A stretch of DNA of 64,000 nucleotides from Blautia sp. (GTDB lineage Bacteria; Bacillota; Clostridia; Lachnospirales; Lachnospiraceae): NCBI GenBank assembly GCA_034118545.1, contig JAXFBD010000069.1:9948-73947 (forward strand), in the 5' to 3' direction. The position numbers were made by a program, and so were the translations under genes. The notes beneath the pieces were generated by a model that saw nothing but the letters and a program-made list of their open reading frames with translations, did not search any database and was not told the DNA's origin. Each line of letters begins with the position of its first letter. Within the stretch, counting starts at the first letter, position 1. Positions 32,637 through 43,140 of this stretch are shown here, piece after piece.

Positions 32637-34307
32637 CTAATATGACAATGTGAGTGCCTCATCGGAAACACGTATCCGCAAAAGCTGCGGAAGCGTCCCG
32701 CTCTTTTCTTTTTCATAATATAGCCGGCGAAGAGTAGTTCCCGAAATCTGCTCGCCTGCCGGACGGTTTTCCAGAATTCCCTGAAGATATTCTCCTGCTG
32801 TACTTCCCTGGCTGCCGGTCCATTTCAGTACCTCTTTCGGATCGGCTGCCCGGAAAACATAAATGTTTTCCCCCACCTGCGGCTCCTGTTTCAGATAATC
32901 CAAAAGCACCTTCCAGCCCTCTCCCGCTGCCAGCCTATCCCCCAGGATCAGAATCTGAAGATGCCCCATATCCAGATATTTTTCCTGAGACTTCAGCCAT
33001 ATTTCATCGATCTCTTCAAAACTGTTCCCGGTTATGGACAGAAGCCGGGGACCTTCTTCCTCCGGCTTTTCCTGTCCGGTAGCCTCCGGCATATCCGGCA
33101 TCCCATAATAAACAGTAAAACCGTCTTCCTGCTGCTCCACACCAAGAGCCAGGGGATAGGATCTCTTTTCCGGTTCCATTCCACTGCACCCTGCCAAAAA
33201 CATGCATAGTAAGATCATCGAAATTGCAGAAGCAGCCGCTCTTTTTTTCCGTTTCTGTTTTCCTCTGAAAAGCAGAAAAAGCTGTGCCAGGAGAAGTCCG
33301 GGAACAAAAATATATCCCAGAAATGTCCCATAATAATCACCAATTCCATACCCGAAGGGCTTACCCACAGAAAGCAGCCATGTCAATACCGCCAGCCAGA
33401 TCCGTCCTGTCCCCAGATGACTGCTTCGGATGATCTGATGACCGTAGTAAAAAAGACTTCCCAGAGCAAACAAAAGACTGTAAACCACAAAGCCCATCCA
33501 CAATACGTCAAACCTGGCCAGTACATTTCCCGGCAGATCAGCTCCGGACAAAAGAGGCAGAACCGGATACACCTCTTTATTCACCCGATTCCATCCCAAA
33601 ACAGCAGGGAGTAGCAGCTCCATCCCCGTAAGAATGCCGCCCAGGGTAAGAATCCCCAAAGCCGCCGCCTTCCCGGAGCTCCCCTGCTTTTCCACATTGC
33701 CCAGCACAAAGGGCATCAGTCCTGTCCCCGAAAAGGCACAGAGACATCCATACGTACTTTTCCAAAACCCGCCGGCCGTCACGGGAGACTCCCTTCTCAT
33801 CTCCGCCAGCCAGGAAACATTTCCCTGACCGGCACACAGAAGCAGCAGCAGGAATACTGCTGCCAGCAAAATCCCTCCCGACACCTCTGCCACTCTTCCT
33901 CTTCTCTGCATTCCTTTATGCGTTCCAAAGGCACATACAGCTGCTGCAGCAGCCGAAAGAATTTTTCCGGAAATCCCCTTAATAAGACTCACCGGCACAA
34001 TTTCTTCCAGAACAGACAGCAGGTATGCTCCTGTGAAAATGGTGTACATCAGAAAAAAAATCCCCAGCACAGGCCCCCAAAACGAACCGGCAGATTTTTT
34101 CAGATCTCCGTAATAAGGTGCCAGGCGAATGAGCCAGATCACATAAAAAAGGAGCAGTGCCACTGCTGCGGCTGTCCCTGCCAGACCATTCATTCCCAGT
34201 TGATTTCCCTCCCGGAACAGACATAAAAGCAGCGGTGCAAAAAAAGCCAGTACCATTTGTCTGTACAGCTGTCTGTGAGAAATTCTGTTGTTTTCCGCAA
34301 ATTTCAT
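32637..34307 (-). CDS. Germinant receptor B-subunit-like permease fused to a C-subunit-like domain
   Basis: ENNRISHRQL start, about 10 TMs, RFDVLW, then internal FLAGCS...RSYPLALGVE. Confidence 0.8.
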   Translation of the reverse strand: MKFAENNRISHRQLYRQMVLAFFAPLLLCLFREGNQLGMNGLAGTAAAVALLLFYVIWLIRLAPYYGDLKKSAGSFWGPVLGIFFLMYTIFTGAYLLSVLEEIVPVSLIKGISGKILSAAAAAVCAFGTHKGMQRRGRVAEVSGGILLAAVFLLLLLCAGQGNVSWLAEMRRESPVTAGGFWKSTYGCLCAFSGTGLMPFVLGNVEKQGSSGKAAALGILTLGGILTGMELLLPAVLGWNRVNKEVYPVLPLLSGADLPGNVLARFDVLWMGFVVYSLLFALGSLFYYGHQIIRSSHLGTGRIWLAVLTWLLSVGKPFGYGIGDYYGTFLGYIFVPGLLLAQLFLLFRGKQKRKKRAAASAISMILLCMFLAGCSGMEPEKRSYPLALGVEQQEDGFTVYYGMPDMPEATGQEKPEEEGPRLLSITGNSFEEIDEIWLKSQEKYLDMGHLQILILGDRLAAGEGWKVLLDYLKQEPQVGENIYVFRAADPKEVLKWTGSQGSTAGEYLQGILENRPAGEQISGTTLRRLYYEKEKSGTLPQLLRIRVSDEALTLSY

Positions 34308-35830
34308 AACTGCCCCTTTCCGTCATCCGACGTTTCCTTTTTTTTATGGAATTTTCCGTATCTCAGGCGGATACTCTGCTGGCTTCTTGCAAAAACGGGT
34401 CTCTGTTCCCTTTTTCGAAAAGGAAGACGGAAAATACCGTCTCCCACATTTCGTTCCGGTGCTTTTTTTACAAAAGGCAAAAGATAAGGCATTCCAAAAC
34501 TTAAAAGTCCTGCCAGATGAGATATTGTCAGATAAATTCCCAGAACGATTCCGTAAATTCCAAGATAACCGCCCAGCAAAAGAAAAGCATATTTCAGCAG
34601 ACGAAAAGCAGAGGCAAATTCTTCATTTGGTATGGCCAGAGAACCAAGGGCAGTAAGTGCCACGATTATCACAACAACAGGACTGACCAGATTGGCTTCC
34701 ACAGCCGCCTGACCGATGATAAGACCTCCCACGATTCCAATGGCATTTCCCAGCTCTCCGGGTATCCGCACACCAGCCTCACGTATCAGCTCAAAGGCCA
34801 GTTCCAGAAAAACCAGCTCTGCCACACTGGAAAAAGGTACTCCAGCCCTCGCTTGTGCAAAAGACAAAATCAGATTTGCAGGCAGTATCTGTGTATGAAA
34901 ACGGATTGCTGCCAGATAAAGTCCCGGCAAAAGAGTAGCCGCCGCCAGGGCCAGATATCTCAGAACCCGGAGAAAACTGGCCATTTCGAAGCGATTATAC
35001 CAGTCCTCGCTGCTTTCCATAAAACTGTTAAAATTTCCCGGCAGAATCAGCGCTGCCGGAGAATTGTCACAGAGAAGCACAATTTTTCCGTTCAGCATCT
35101 CCTGGGCCGCTCTGTCAGGCCGCTCTGTGGTCTGAAACTGTGGAAAGGGAGAATACCATACATCCTCTGTCAGCTGCTCCACCATTCCGCTGTCAAGAAT
35201 CCCATCCACTTCAAAGGTTTCCAGCCGCTCCTTAATTTCCTCCAGCAGTTCCTCCCGGACCAGATCCTGAATATAAAGAAGCTGCAGGACCGTATTGGAC
35301 CGAAGTCCTGTTCTGTGTTCCTCCACCTTCATCCTGGTATCCCGAAGCCTTTTTCGCACCAGAGCAGAATTTGTTTTCACACTGTCTCCAAAACCTTCCC
35401 GGGATCCCCGGAGAACCTTTTCGGTTTCTGCTTCAGACACCCCCATGGACGGATAGCCCTTGCTGGATATTTTCATAGCCTCCGGATATCCGTCCATAAA
35501 AAACACTGCATTTCCGGCCAGAACACTTTCAATGGCTTCCTCCATATCCGTAAACTTCTTCACATCCGCAATTCCCAGGCTGTTGTTTTTTACAAATTCC
35601 TGAATCCGCTCAGGAGAGATTTCCCAGAAGTGATTGATCATCTTTCCCAGCGCAGAATCCTGAAGCATCATGTTGGATACTGCCACCTCCGGATAAACCA
35701 TCAGACAATCCACCTTCCGTTCATCTCCCAGCTTCATGGGACGGATCAAAATATCATCGCAGTTTTCAAAACGCACTCGAATATAGGCTTCATTTTCTCT
35801 CAGATTTGAAGAAATCAATCTTTTTTCCAT
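34304..35830 (-). CDS. Spore germination receptor A subunit (GerA/GerKA family)
   Basis: EKVLRGSREGF, PFPQFQTTERPDR, REAGVRIP, IVGGLIIGQAAVEA. Confidence 0.92.
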   Translation of the reverse strand: MEKRLISSNLRENEAYIRVRFENCDDILIRPMKLGDERKVDCLMVYPEVAVSNMMLQDSALGKMINHFWEISPERIQEFVKNNSLGIADVKKFTDMEEAIESVLAGNAVFFMDGYPEAMKISSKGYPSMGVSEAETEKVLRGSREGFGDSVKTNSALVRKRLRDTRMKVEEHRTGLRSNTVLQLLYIQDLVREELLEEIKERLETFEVDGILDSGMVEQLTEDVWYSPFPQFQTTERPDRAAQEMLNGKIVLLCDNSPAALILPGNFNSFMESSEDWYNRFEMASFLRVLRYLALAAATLLPGLYLAAIRFHTQILPANLILSFAQARAGVPFSSVAELVFLELAFELIREAGVRIPGELGNAIGIVGGLIIGQAAVEANLVSPVVVIIVALTALGSLAIPNEEFASAFRLLKYAFLLLGGYLGIYGIVLGIYLTISHLAGLLSFGMPYLLPFVKKAPERNVGDGIFRLPFRKREQRPVFARSQQSIRLRYGKFHKKKETSDDGKGQL

Positions 35831-35894
35831 TGCTTTGGCACCTCATCCAGATAATCTCTGCTGTTCACAGCAGTATATGATCAATTAAAAACAC

Positions 35895-35922
35895 AAAAAG
35901 AGAGACGCTGTGCGTCCCTCTT
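35895..35922 (-). terminator. Intrinsic terminator after gntR
   Basis: AAGAGGGACGC-ACA-GCGTCTCTCTTTTT on the minus strand. Confidence 0.7.
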
Positions 35923-35979
35923 AGAATCTCCGGATACTGTCAATTTTATACAGCGGTTTTCTGCCGCTTAATAATAACT

Positions 35980-36687
35980 TTATTTCTTTTTTCTGGTGCT
36001 GCTTTCACGTGCTGCCTCTTCAGCCGCAATGGTACGGATGATCGCCTGACGCTGATTCTCAATATGACGGAAGGAAATCTCCTGGGCCGCCTTCACATCC
36101 CGCCGGCGGATCGCCTCCGTAAGCTCTCTGTGTTCCTTTGCCAGATCATTTCTGGTTTCCTCATCCTTCAGATATTCCACGCGGTAACGGTAAATCTGTT
36201 CCCGCAGATTATTCAGCACCTGAATCAGCCGGCGGTTATCGGATGCTTTGTAAATAATCTCATGAAATGCCACATCCGCTTCTGCCAGATGTACCAGATT
36301 TCCATCCACCATTGTCTGTTCAAATTCCTTTTCGGAAGCCCAGAGCTGATCCATCTCTTCTTCTGTCATACGGTTGCATGCATTTTCCACTGCCATGTTC
36401 TCAAGAACGATCCTTACCTCCAGAACATCATTCAGATCCTTCTCCGTAATGTTTGCCACCTGGGCACCCCTTCGGGGAATCATTACAACCAGACCCTCCA
36501 GCTCCAGCTTGCGCATTGCCTCCCGGATGGGGGTTCTGCTTACTCCCAGACGCTCTGCCAGGGCAATTTCCATCAGTCTCTCACCCGGTTTCAGCTCCCC
36601 TTTTAAAATTGCCTGACGGAGTGTATTAAAAACTACATCCCGCAAAGGCAGATATTCATTCATGTGAACTGTAAAATCACTTGTCAT
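35980..36687 (-). CDS. GntR/FadR family regulator
   Basis: LAERLGVSRTPIREA HTH and FCD domain; ATG 36687 behind GGAGGAG, overlapping the ispE end. Confidence 0.92.
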   Translation of the reverse strand: MTSDFTVHMNEYLPLRDVVFNTLRQAILKGELKPGERLMEIALAERLGVSRTPIREAMRKLELEGLVVMIPRRGAQVANITEKDLNDVLEVRIVLENMAVENACNRMTEEEMDQLWASEKEFEQTMVDGNLVHLAEADVAFHEIIYKASDNRRLIQVLNNLREQIYRYRVEYLKDEETRNDLAKEHRELTEAIRRRDVKAAQEISFRHIENQRQAIIRTIAAEEAARESSTRKKK

Positions 36688-37558
36688 TTGTATCTCCTCC
36701 GTTTCGGTTGTATATTTCCGTCGCAAATACTGTTCTGGCCAGCCCGCTCTCCCTGAGCACAGCTGCTGCCCCTTCCATTTTATCCTTACTGTCAAAAATT
36801 CCAAACACAGTAGGACCGCTTCCGCTCATCATGGCTCTGACTGCTCCGTTTCCTTCCATCAGTTCCCGAATCTGCCGGATCACCGGATACTGCCGGACGA
36901 TCCCCGGTTCAAAAACATTGCTCATCTTTGCAGCCATGGAATACAGATCTTTTCTTCTGATATCCTCTATCATCCCGTCAATATCCGGATGACTGGCAAT
37001 CTCCGAAAGATTTAAATTCTCATAAGCCATCTTTGTGGAAACATTGATACCCGGTTTCCCCACAAGTACGTAACACGCCGGAAGAGGATCCAGCCGGGTA
37101 AGCTTTTCTCCGATCCCTTCCGCAAGCGCTGTTCCCCGCATAATACAGTAAGGAACATCTGCCCCTATCTTCACAGCACGTTCCATTAATTCCTTTTCTG
37201 TCAGATTCAGCCGGAAAAGCCGGTTCAATCCCACAAAAGCAGCTGCAGCATCAGAACTGCCCCCTGCCATCCCCGCAGCTACGGGAATAAATTTTTCAAG
37301 ACGGATCGCCACCCCCTCCTGAATCATAAACTCATCCATCAGAAGCTTCGCTGCCTTATAAACAAGATTCCTCTCATCCGCAGGAACATAAGGCACATTC
37401 ACTGACAACGAGATTCCCGGTTCTCCTTTTTTTCGGATATCCAGCACGTCGTACATCTGAATGGTCTGCATGATCATTCTCACATCATGATAACCATCCG
37501 GTCTTTTTCCAAGGATATCCAGACCAAGATTGATTTTTGCAAGAGCGCGTAAACGCAT
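36677..37558 (-). CDS. ispE: 4-diphosphocytidyl-2-C-methyl-D-erythritol kinase
   Basis: AKINLGL, PVAAGMAGGSSDAAA, GADVP, MSGSGPTVF. Confidence 0.96.
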   Translation of the reverse strand: MRLRALAKINLGLDILGKRPDGYHDVRMIMQTIQMYDVLDIRKKGEPGISLSVNVPYVPADERNLVYKAAKLLMDEFMIQEGVAIRLEKFIPVAAGMAGGSSDAAAAFVGLNRLFRLNLTEKELMERAVKIGADVPYCIMRGTALAEGIGEKLTRLDPLPACYVLVGKPGINVSTKMAYENLNLSEIASHPDIDGMIEDIRRKDLYSMAAKMSNVFEPGIVRQYPVIRQIRELMEGNGAVRAMMSGSGPTVFGIFDSKDKMEGAAAVLRESGLARTVFATEIYNRNGGDTNDK

Positions 37559-37582
37559 AATTCCCCTCCACAGCTTTTGTAT

Positions 37583-37594
37583 TTTGTATACAAA
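37583..37594. promoter_or_regulatory. Putative GntR-family operator
   Basis: Perfect palindrome TTTGTATACAAA about 25 nt upstream of ispE-gntR. Confidence 0.5.
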
Positions 37595-37644
37595 TTATGT
37601 GTATATATTTTATATGATTTTTTTTATCCTTTCAAGTACAGAAT

Positions 37645-39213
37645 TCATTTTTTGTCCCACTGCACTACCTTCTTTACAATCAGCAACGGCTGTCCCGGCT
37701 GAGGCTCCTGCTCTGTCAGATTGTTTACCGTACGGATTTCCTCCATTGTTGTATAGCAGCGTTTTGCAATATCCCACAGCGTATCTCCGGGCTTTACCAT
37801 ATACACTGTTATACCAGGAAGACTGCGCAGAAGCTTTTTATCCAGAGGCCGTTCCTCCACATGGTCAATAATCAGCTCCTCCTGTCGTCCGAACACCAGC
37901 GCATTCAGGCCGATAGTGGCTTTTATTTCAATTTCATTACTGTCCACCATGGTAGTGGAAAGCTGTTCCAGGGCAGCCCTCAGATAATAAACGCTCTCAC
38001 CGGTGATTCCCTGTGCCTCCACCACATGAGTGAAAGGCAGCATAGCTTCCATGGAATAAAACGGTATTTCATCATTGCCTACAATATACAGCACCTTCAG
38101 ACTGATAATTCCTTCTGTGTGAATTCCGTTTTCCACCACCCTGGTTTTGTCGATTTTTACCTTTCCGTCACTGTGACAGATCTGCAGAATTTTACCCTGA
38201 GTTTCCTTTACCGCCACCCGGTCTGCCACACGGCATTTGGAAAAGTTCCTGATCAGCAGGCTGTCCAGCTGCTCTTGGTTTCCGACAGATACACACTCTC
38301 TGGAAGGTGTATATACATCCTGTACCAGATCAAATTCTTCTTCTCTGTACAGCTTCATATCCAGTTCCAGAACCACATCTGCTGTCAGGATTCTCTGTTC
38401 TCCGTCCGAATCAGGTTTCACCTCCAGATTCCGATACATCGCAGTAGAGCTGATATTGGGAATCAGATTTTCCCCGGAGCCGCCGCATTCCACCTGACTG
38501 GTAAAGGGCAGCGAATATTCCGCCCACTGCAGGGGACTTCCCTCATCATCTCCCACATAAAGCACAAAAACAAACAGCTCACCCCTTGCCCGTATAATAT
38601 TTTCCTCCGGACGCATATCCAGTCCCCGGACCTGCGCCGTATACCACAAAAGCTCTGCAATGTTGGGCTTATTGGAAGCAAGGGTAATTTCCTCTCTGAT
38701 CCGCATGGTATCCTTTTTATGTACCTGCAGAGTCATCAGCCGTAAATGCTTCTTTTTTACGGAAACTCCATCTTCCTCCACTGCCACCGGCAGACGGATC
38801 CCGTAATCCTGATCCACAGATGCCCTAAAAGATACAATTCCTTTAATATTCATTTTCCGTGAATGAATGATATGAATGCTGATATCCTCAATTTCCCATT
38901 GCAGGCACATTTTGTCGCCGGAGGCAATTCCCTCCAGATTAAGCGTTTCTTCAAAAGGCAGTTTCGCCCCCAGGCTGTAAACATTCCCTTCCCCTTCTCC
39001 CACATAGAGCAGATCCACATTCAGATTCCCTCTCAGGAAAGCATGCCCTTCGCTGAGGCGTACCTCATCTACCGTCACGTTCCCTTTGTTCTGGATCATA
39101 CGCCCGATGTCTGCCTTTGCATCCGGAACATTATAGTCCGAATCAAAGGTCACCTGAGCTGTCGCCCTGCTTTTTGTTCTCATAACCTGAATACATTCTT
39201 TTTTCAGTTCCAA
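37645..39213 (-). CDS. sipL: SPOCS(DUF3794)-repeat plus LysM spore coat assembly protein
   Basis: NVPDAKADIG and SNKPNIAELL SPOCS-like segments; C-terminal YMVKPGDTLWDIAKR LysM; TTG start with AGGAGA RBS. Confidence 0.8.
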   Translation of the reverse strand: MELKKECIQVMRTKSRATAQVTFDSDYNVPDAKADIGRMIQNKGNVTVDEVRLSEGHAFLRGNLNVDLLYVGEGEGNVYSLGAKLPFEETLNLEGIASGDKMCLQWEIEDISIHIIHSRKMNIKGIVSFRASVDQDYGIRLPVAVEEDGVSVKKKHLRLMTLQVHKKDTMRIREEITLASNKPNIAELLWYTAQVRGLDMRPEENIIRARGELFVFVLYVGDDEGSPLQWAEYSLPFTSQVECGGSGENLIPNISSTAMYRNLEVKPDSDGEQRILTADVVLELDMKLYREEEFDLVQDVYTPSRECVSVGNQEQLDSLLIRNFSKCRVADRVAVKETQGKILQICHSDGKVKIDKTRVVENGIHTEGIISLKVLYIVGNDEIPFYSMEAMLPFTHVVEAQGITGESVYYLRAALEQLSTTMVDSNEIEIKATIGLNALVFGRQEELIIDHVEERPLDKKLLRSLPGITVYMVKPGDTLWDIAKRCYTTMEEIRTVNNLTEQEPQPGQPLLIVKKVVQWDKK

Positions 39214-39237
39214 AGCTGTTCTCCTTTTTAAACTTTT

Positions 39238-39642
39238 TTAAAACTGTACCGGCTCCTTCCGGTATTTAATTTTTACCACAATATATGGATAAGACGGTTC
39301 GCTTCCCGGATCTGCCTCCTGAGGTCCAAGCAGCTTTGTTTTAAAAAAAACCGCTTTGTTGGTCACTCCCAGTTCTTCCACCTGGATGCTGTACCCGCCT
39401 GTTGTCTGCTGACCGTATCCTTTCACCAGATACAGATCCTCTCCGCTTTGATATGTCATCTGAAATTCCTTTGTTTTCTTTCCTTCTATCAGTGACAGTA
39501 CCTCTTTTGGAATTTCTTCCGCTTTCAGAACAGTATAATCAAGCGGTGTTTTTTCTTCCTCCTCAATATGCACAAATCCGCACCCTCCCAGAATAAGTAC
39601 TGCTGCCCAGACCAGAAACAAAACAAGGATCTTTTTTCCCAT
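39238..39642 (-). CDS. PrcB C-terminal-domain lipoprotein
   Basis: Lipobox LGGC; GQQTTGGYSIQV and SYPYIVVKI. Confidence 0.75.
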   Translation of the reverse strand: MGKKILVLFLVWAAVLILGGCGFVHIEEEEKTPLDYTVLKAEEIPKEVLSLIEGKKTKEFQMTYQSGEDLYLVKGYGQQTTGGYSIQVEELGVTNKAVFFKTKLLGPQEADPGSEPSYPYIVVKIKYRKEPVQF

Positions 39643-39796
39643 CTGCCACTCCCGTTTTCACTTCCTGTAAATTTTATGATTACAGAAAAAGATTTATTGC
39701 AACTATTTAAAAAAATACGTATAATAAAAAAGACCATCGGTCATTTTTCTACAAAACCAGGCAGTTCTCACAGATTTCTGCCGGAAAGGAACACAT

Positions 39797-40537
39797 ATGA
39801 TACGTTTTATTCTGGTATGCATTGTTGTCATCGGATACCTGATTCTTTCCATCCCATTACTGATCGTGGAATGGATCATCGGAAAATTCTCACCATTAAA
39901 AAAGGATTTCAGCTCTCTTCGCATCATTCAGGCTGTTTTCCGTTTTATTCTGTGGATTACCGGCGTTAAGATTACTGTTCTGGGAGAAGAGAATGTCCCA
40001 AAGGATACTCCCGTTTTATACATCGGCAATCACAGAAGCTATTTTGACATTCTGCTGACCTATGTCCGCTGTCCTATCCGCACCGGCTATGTGGCAAAAA
40101 AAGAAATGGAAAAATGGCCTCTTTTATCCAACTGGATGCGTTATCTCCACTGCCTGTTTCTGGACCGCAAAGACATCAAACAGGGATTGAAAACCATTCT
40201 GGAAGCAGTGGAAAAAATAAAATCCGGTATTTCCATCTGTATTTTTCCGGAGGGTACCCGCAACAAAAACGAAAACGAGCTGGATATGCTGCCTTTCCAT
40301 GACGGAAGCTTCAAAATTGCCACCCGTGCAAAATGTCCTGTAATTCCCATCGCTCTGAATAATACAGCAGACATCTTCGAGGCGCATTTACCCAGAATCC
40401 GCCCGACCCATGTGGTGATTGAATACGGAAAGCCCATCTATCCCGAAGAGCTCAGCAGGGAAGACCAGCGGCGTCTGGGTGCCTATACCCAGAACGTGAT
40501 CCGGGAAATGCTAAAGAAAAATCAGACGCTGGTATAA
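39797..40537 (+). CDS. plsC: 1-acyl-sn-glycerol-3-phosphate acyltransferase
   Basis: NHRSYFD, FPEGTR. Confidence 0.9.
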   Translation: MIRFILVCIVVIGYLILSIPLLIVEWIIGKFSPLKKDFSSLRIIQAVFRFILWITGVKITVLGEENVPKDTPVLYIGNHRSYFDILLTYVRCPIRTGYVAKKEMEKWPLLSNWMRYLHCLFLDRKDIKQGLKTILEAVEKIKSGISICIFPEGTRNKNENELDMLPFHDGSFKIATRAKCPVIPIALNNTADIFEAHLPRIRPTHVVIEYGKPIYPEELSREDQRRLGAYTQNVIREMLKKNQTLV

Positions 40538-41055
40538 AGGCCGGACAGAACAACAGCTGCCGCCATCCCGGCAATATTTGCAAGAAGGGCGCCTGCCAGC
40601 GTATATCGTGTTTTTGACACTTTTACGGACCCGAAATATACACTCATACAATAAAAAACGCTTTCTGTGGCGCACATCATGATTCCGGCGGCGAAGCCTG
40701 TGCCGGAATCTGTACCGTACTTTTTAAAAATATCTGTAAGAAGGCCCACTGCTGCGCTGGAAGAAAAAAGTCTTACCAGCGCCAGTGGTACCAGATCTGC
40801 GCAGATTCCTGCCAGTTCCGTAATTTTCCCCAGTTTTTCTCCCAAAAAATCAAGAAACCCGGACGCCCTCAGTACTCCCACCGCTGTCAGAAGACCGATT
40901 AAAGTGGGGCAAAGCCCTGCGGAAATTTTCAGCCCTTCTCTGGCTCCTTCCAGAAAATCCCTGTATATATCCCGACGGGAGGCCAGCCCGAATCCCAGTA
41001 CATAGAGAAAAAGAAAAGGTATCATAAGTTGAGACAGATATGTCAGGACCCCCAT
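40522..41055 (-). CDS. spmB: Spore maturation protein B
   Basis: FLEGAREG, LRASG, RLFSSSAA, TESVFYCMSVYFG. Confidence 0.88.
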   Translation of the reverse strand: MGVLTYLSQLMIPFLFLYVLGFGLASRRDIYRDFLEGAREGLKISAGLCPTLIGLLTAVGVLRASGFLDFLGEKLGKITELAGICADLVPLALVRLFSSSAAVGLLTDIFKKYGTDSGTGFAAGIMMCATESVFYCMSVYFGSVKVSKTRYTLAGALLANIAGMAAAVVLSGLYTSV

Positions 41056-41138
41056 GGACCCTCCTGTCTTTTTTCTTATGATACCTTATGTTTTTTATTT
41101 AAAATTATTCATTGCCGGATACAGTTTACAACCGGAAA

Positions 41139-42335
41139 TCAGTTGTTGCATTTCAGAATGTCTTCATAAAATTCATCCATTTCCTTCTGTGTCTTAAATA
41201 CAGCCACATACATCTGATTTCCCATTGCACCGGACAGCGCATCCGGGATCCTTTCGATCATCTTCATGCAGCTTCCGTATTTTTCCATAATATCACTATG
41301 GCTCATTACAAAATCCTTACCGTCTCTGCGGCCTGCAAATGCACAGTATGCGTTTTTGCCCACAGGCATGGTGGAACGGTCAAAAGCGATCATATCCGCC
41401 CAGATCTTATATACATCTGTACTGTGTGCAAAATCCATCATATCCGGAGTAAATCCGCCGCAGGGGCGCATGTTTACTTCCAGTGCCACAATATCACCTT
41501 TCTTACCCAGCCCCTCCTGATCTGCCAGAAGGCGGAAAAACTCAAAGTGCACGAAACGGCTCTTTACGCCGAAGCTTTTTACTGTTGCACGACCTGCTTT
41601 TCTTGTATCCTCAGGAAGCTTTTTCAGAATATAATAAATGGAATTATCCTCATTATTTACAATATCCATAATGGACATCGGTGTCACATTTCCCGTCTCG
41701 AACATGGGCTCCCCATGAGAATCAATGATCGCATCATAGGAATTCACCTCACCATTTACATACTCTTCCATGATGTACTGAGTATTTGGCCATTTATATC
41801 CGAAAAACTCCTTCATCTGCTCATCGTTTTCCAGACGGAAGGTGTGGGAAGCACCCACTCCGTTATCCGGCTTTGCAACCACAGGATAACCCACCTGTCT
41901 TGTAAACTCCAGACATCCCTCAAGATTATCCACCATATGATAACGTGCCACCGGGATTCCGGCTTTTATGTAGAATTCCTTCATTTTTGATTTATATTTG
42001 ATCCTTGGCATATCAGATACCTGAAAACCGCTCTGGATATTAAAATCTGTACGCAGCTTGGCATCTCTTTCCAGCCAGTATTCATTGTTGGATTCCAGCC
42101 AGTCAATACGGCCATGCTTATGAATAAAAAAGGCAACTGCACGGTATACCTCATCTTCATTTTCCAGGCTGCTGACCTTATAATATTCATTCAGACTTTC
42201 TTTCAGATCCTCTGAAAGCTCATCATAAGGCTGATCACCGATTCCAAGTACATTCAGACCGTTTTTCTTTAATTCCCGGCAAAACATCCAGTAATTTGTA
42301 GGAAAATTGGGGGAAATAAATACAAAATTTTTCAT
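41139..42335 (-). CDS. Stand-alone ATP-grasp enzyme of unknown function
   Basis: KSKMK, VAKPDNGVGA, MEEYVNG, EVNMRPCGG. Confidence 0.85.
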   Translation of the reverse strand: MKNFVFISPNFPTNYWMFCRELKKNGLNVLGIGDQPYDELSEDLKESLNEYYKVSSLENEDEVYRAVAFFIHKHGRIDWLESNNEYWLERDAKLRTDFNIQSGFQVSDMPRIKYKSKMKEFYIKAGIPVARYHMVDNLEGCLEFTRQVGYPVVAKPDNGVGASHTFRLENDEQMKEFFGYKWPNTQYIMEEYVNGEVNSYDAIIDSHGEPMFETGNVTPMSIMDIVNNEDNSIYYILKKLPEDTRKAGRATVKSFGVKSRFVHFEFFRLLADQEGLGKKGDIVALEVNMRPCGGFTPDMMDFAHSTDVYKIWADMIAFDRSTMPVGKNAYCAFAGRRDGKDFVMSHSDIMEKYGSCMKMIERIPDALSGAMGNQMYVAVFKTQKEMDEFYEDILKCNN

Positions 42336-42365
42336 AAAAATCTCCTTCTCTTTTCTCTTTTGCTG

Positions 42366-43127
42366 TTATTCTTTTTCATCCAGTAAATAGGGAACAAAAT
42401 ATTCTACCTGCTTATACCACCAGCACCAGTCATGCGAACAGTCATATCCCCAGAGATCAACCCAGACAGATATTCCCTTTTCCTGAAAAATCTCACCCAG
42501 ACGTCTGGTGGATTCCGGCAGCTCCCATGATCCCTGTCCGGCACAGATCACTGCTTTTTTCTTATTAAACAGATCGATATACGGATGATCCTCAGGCATG
42601 TTTTCCATATAATGAATGGGGGAATTTGTATACACAAGATCGTCCATATAGCTGCCAAAGCCATATTCCGCCGTGTAGATTCCGCTCAGTGCCAGAAGTC
42701 TGTCAAAAAGATCCGGTCGGCGCAGATACAGATTCGCTGCATGAGTCGCGCCCAGGCTGCATCCAAATACCATAATTCCCGGATAGCCTTCCCAGCCGTT
42801 TCTCTGATTTACCATTCCCCGCATAAAAGGAACCATCTCATCGGTGATATAGCGTATCCACTGCTCATACCGCTCAATTCTCCACCGGGGATCTCCCTGG
42901 CTGTCTGACCAGGTCTCTTTGTCTATAGTATCAATGGAAAATACCATAACCTTACCGGCATCGATCCAGGGTGCCCATACATCCGTCATATGGAAGTTCT
43001 CAAAATCAAAAAACCGTCCATCCTGACAGGGAATAAAAAGCACCGGCCGTCCGGCATGTCCGTAAACCTTACATTCCATCTCCCGGTTCAATGCCGGACT
43101 GTAGTCCTTAAAATACTGTGTTTCCAT
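42366..43127 (-). CDS. Alpha/beta-hydrolase esterase-family protein
   Basis: GCSLG nucleophile elbow, HDW. Confidence 0.85.
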   Translation of the reverse strand: METQYFKDYSPALNREMECKVYGHAGRPVLFIPCQDGRFFDFENFHMTDVWAPWIDAGKVMVFSIDTIDKETWSDSQGDPRWRIERYEQWIRYITDEMVPFMRGMVNQRNGWEGYPGIMVFGCSLGATHAANLYLRRPDLFDRLLALSGIYTAEYGFGSYMDDLVYTNSPIHYMENMPEDHPYIDLFNKKKAVICAGQGSWELPESTRRLGEIFQEKGISVWVDLWGYDCSHDWCWWYKQVEYFVPYLLDEKE

Positions 43128-43140
43128 ATGACTCCTCCTT

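Noticed and set aside
34517-35809. 430-aa plus-strand ORF
   Set aside because: Antisense shadow of the GerA gene.
36688-36804. N-terminal extension of the GntR ORF
   Set aside because: Lies inside ispE; a strong RBS supports ATG 36687.
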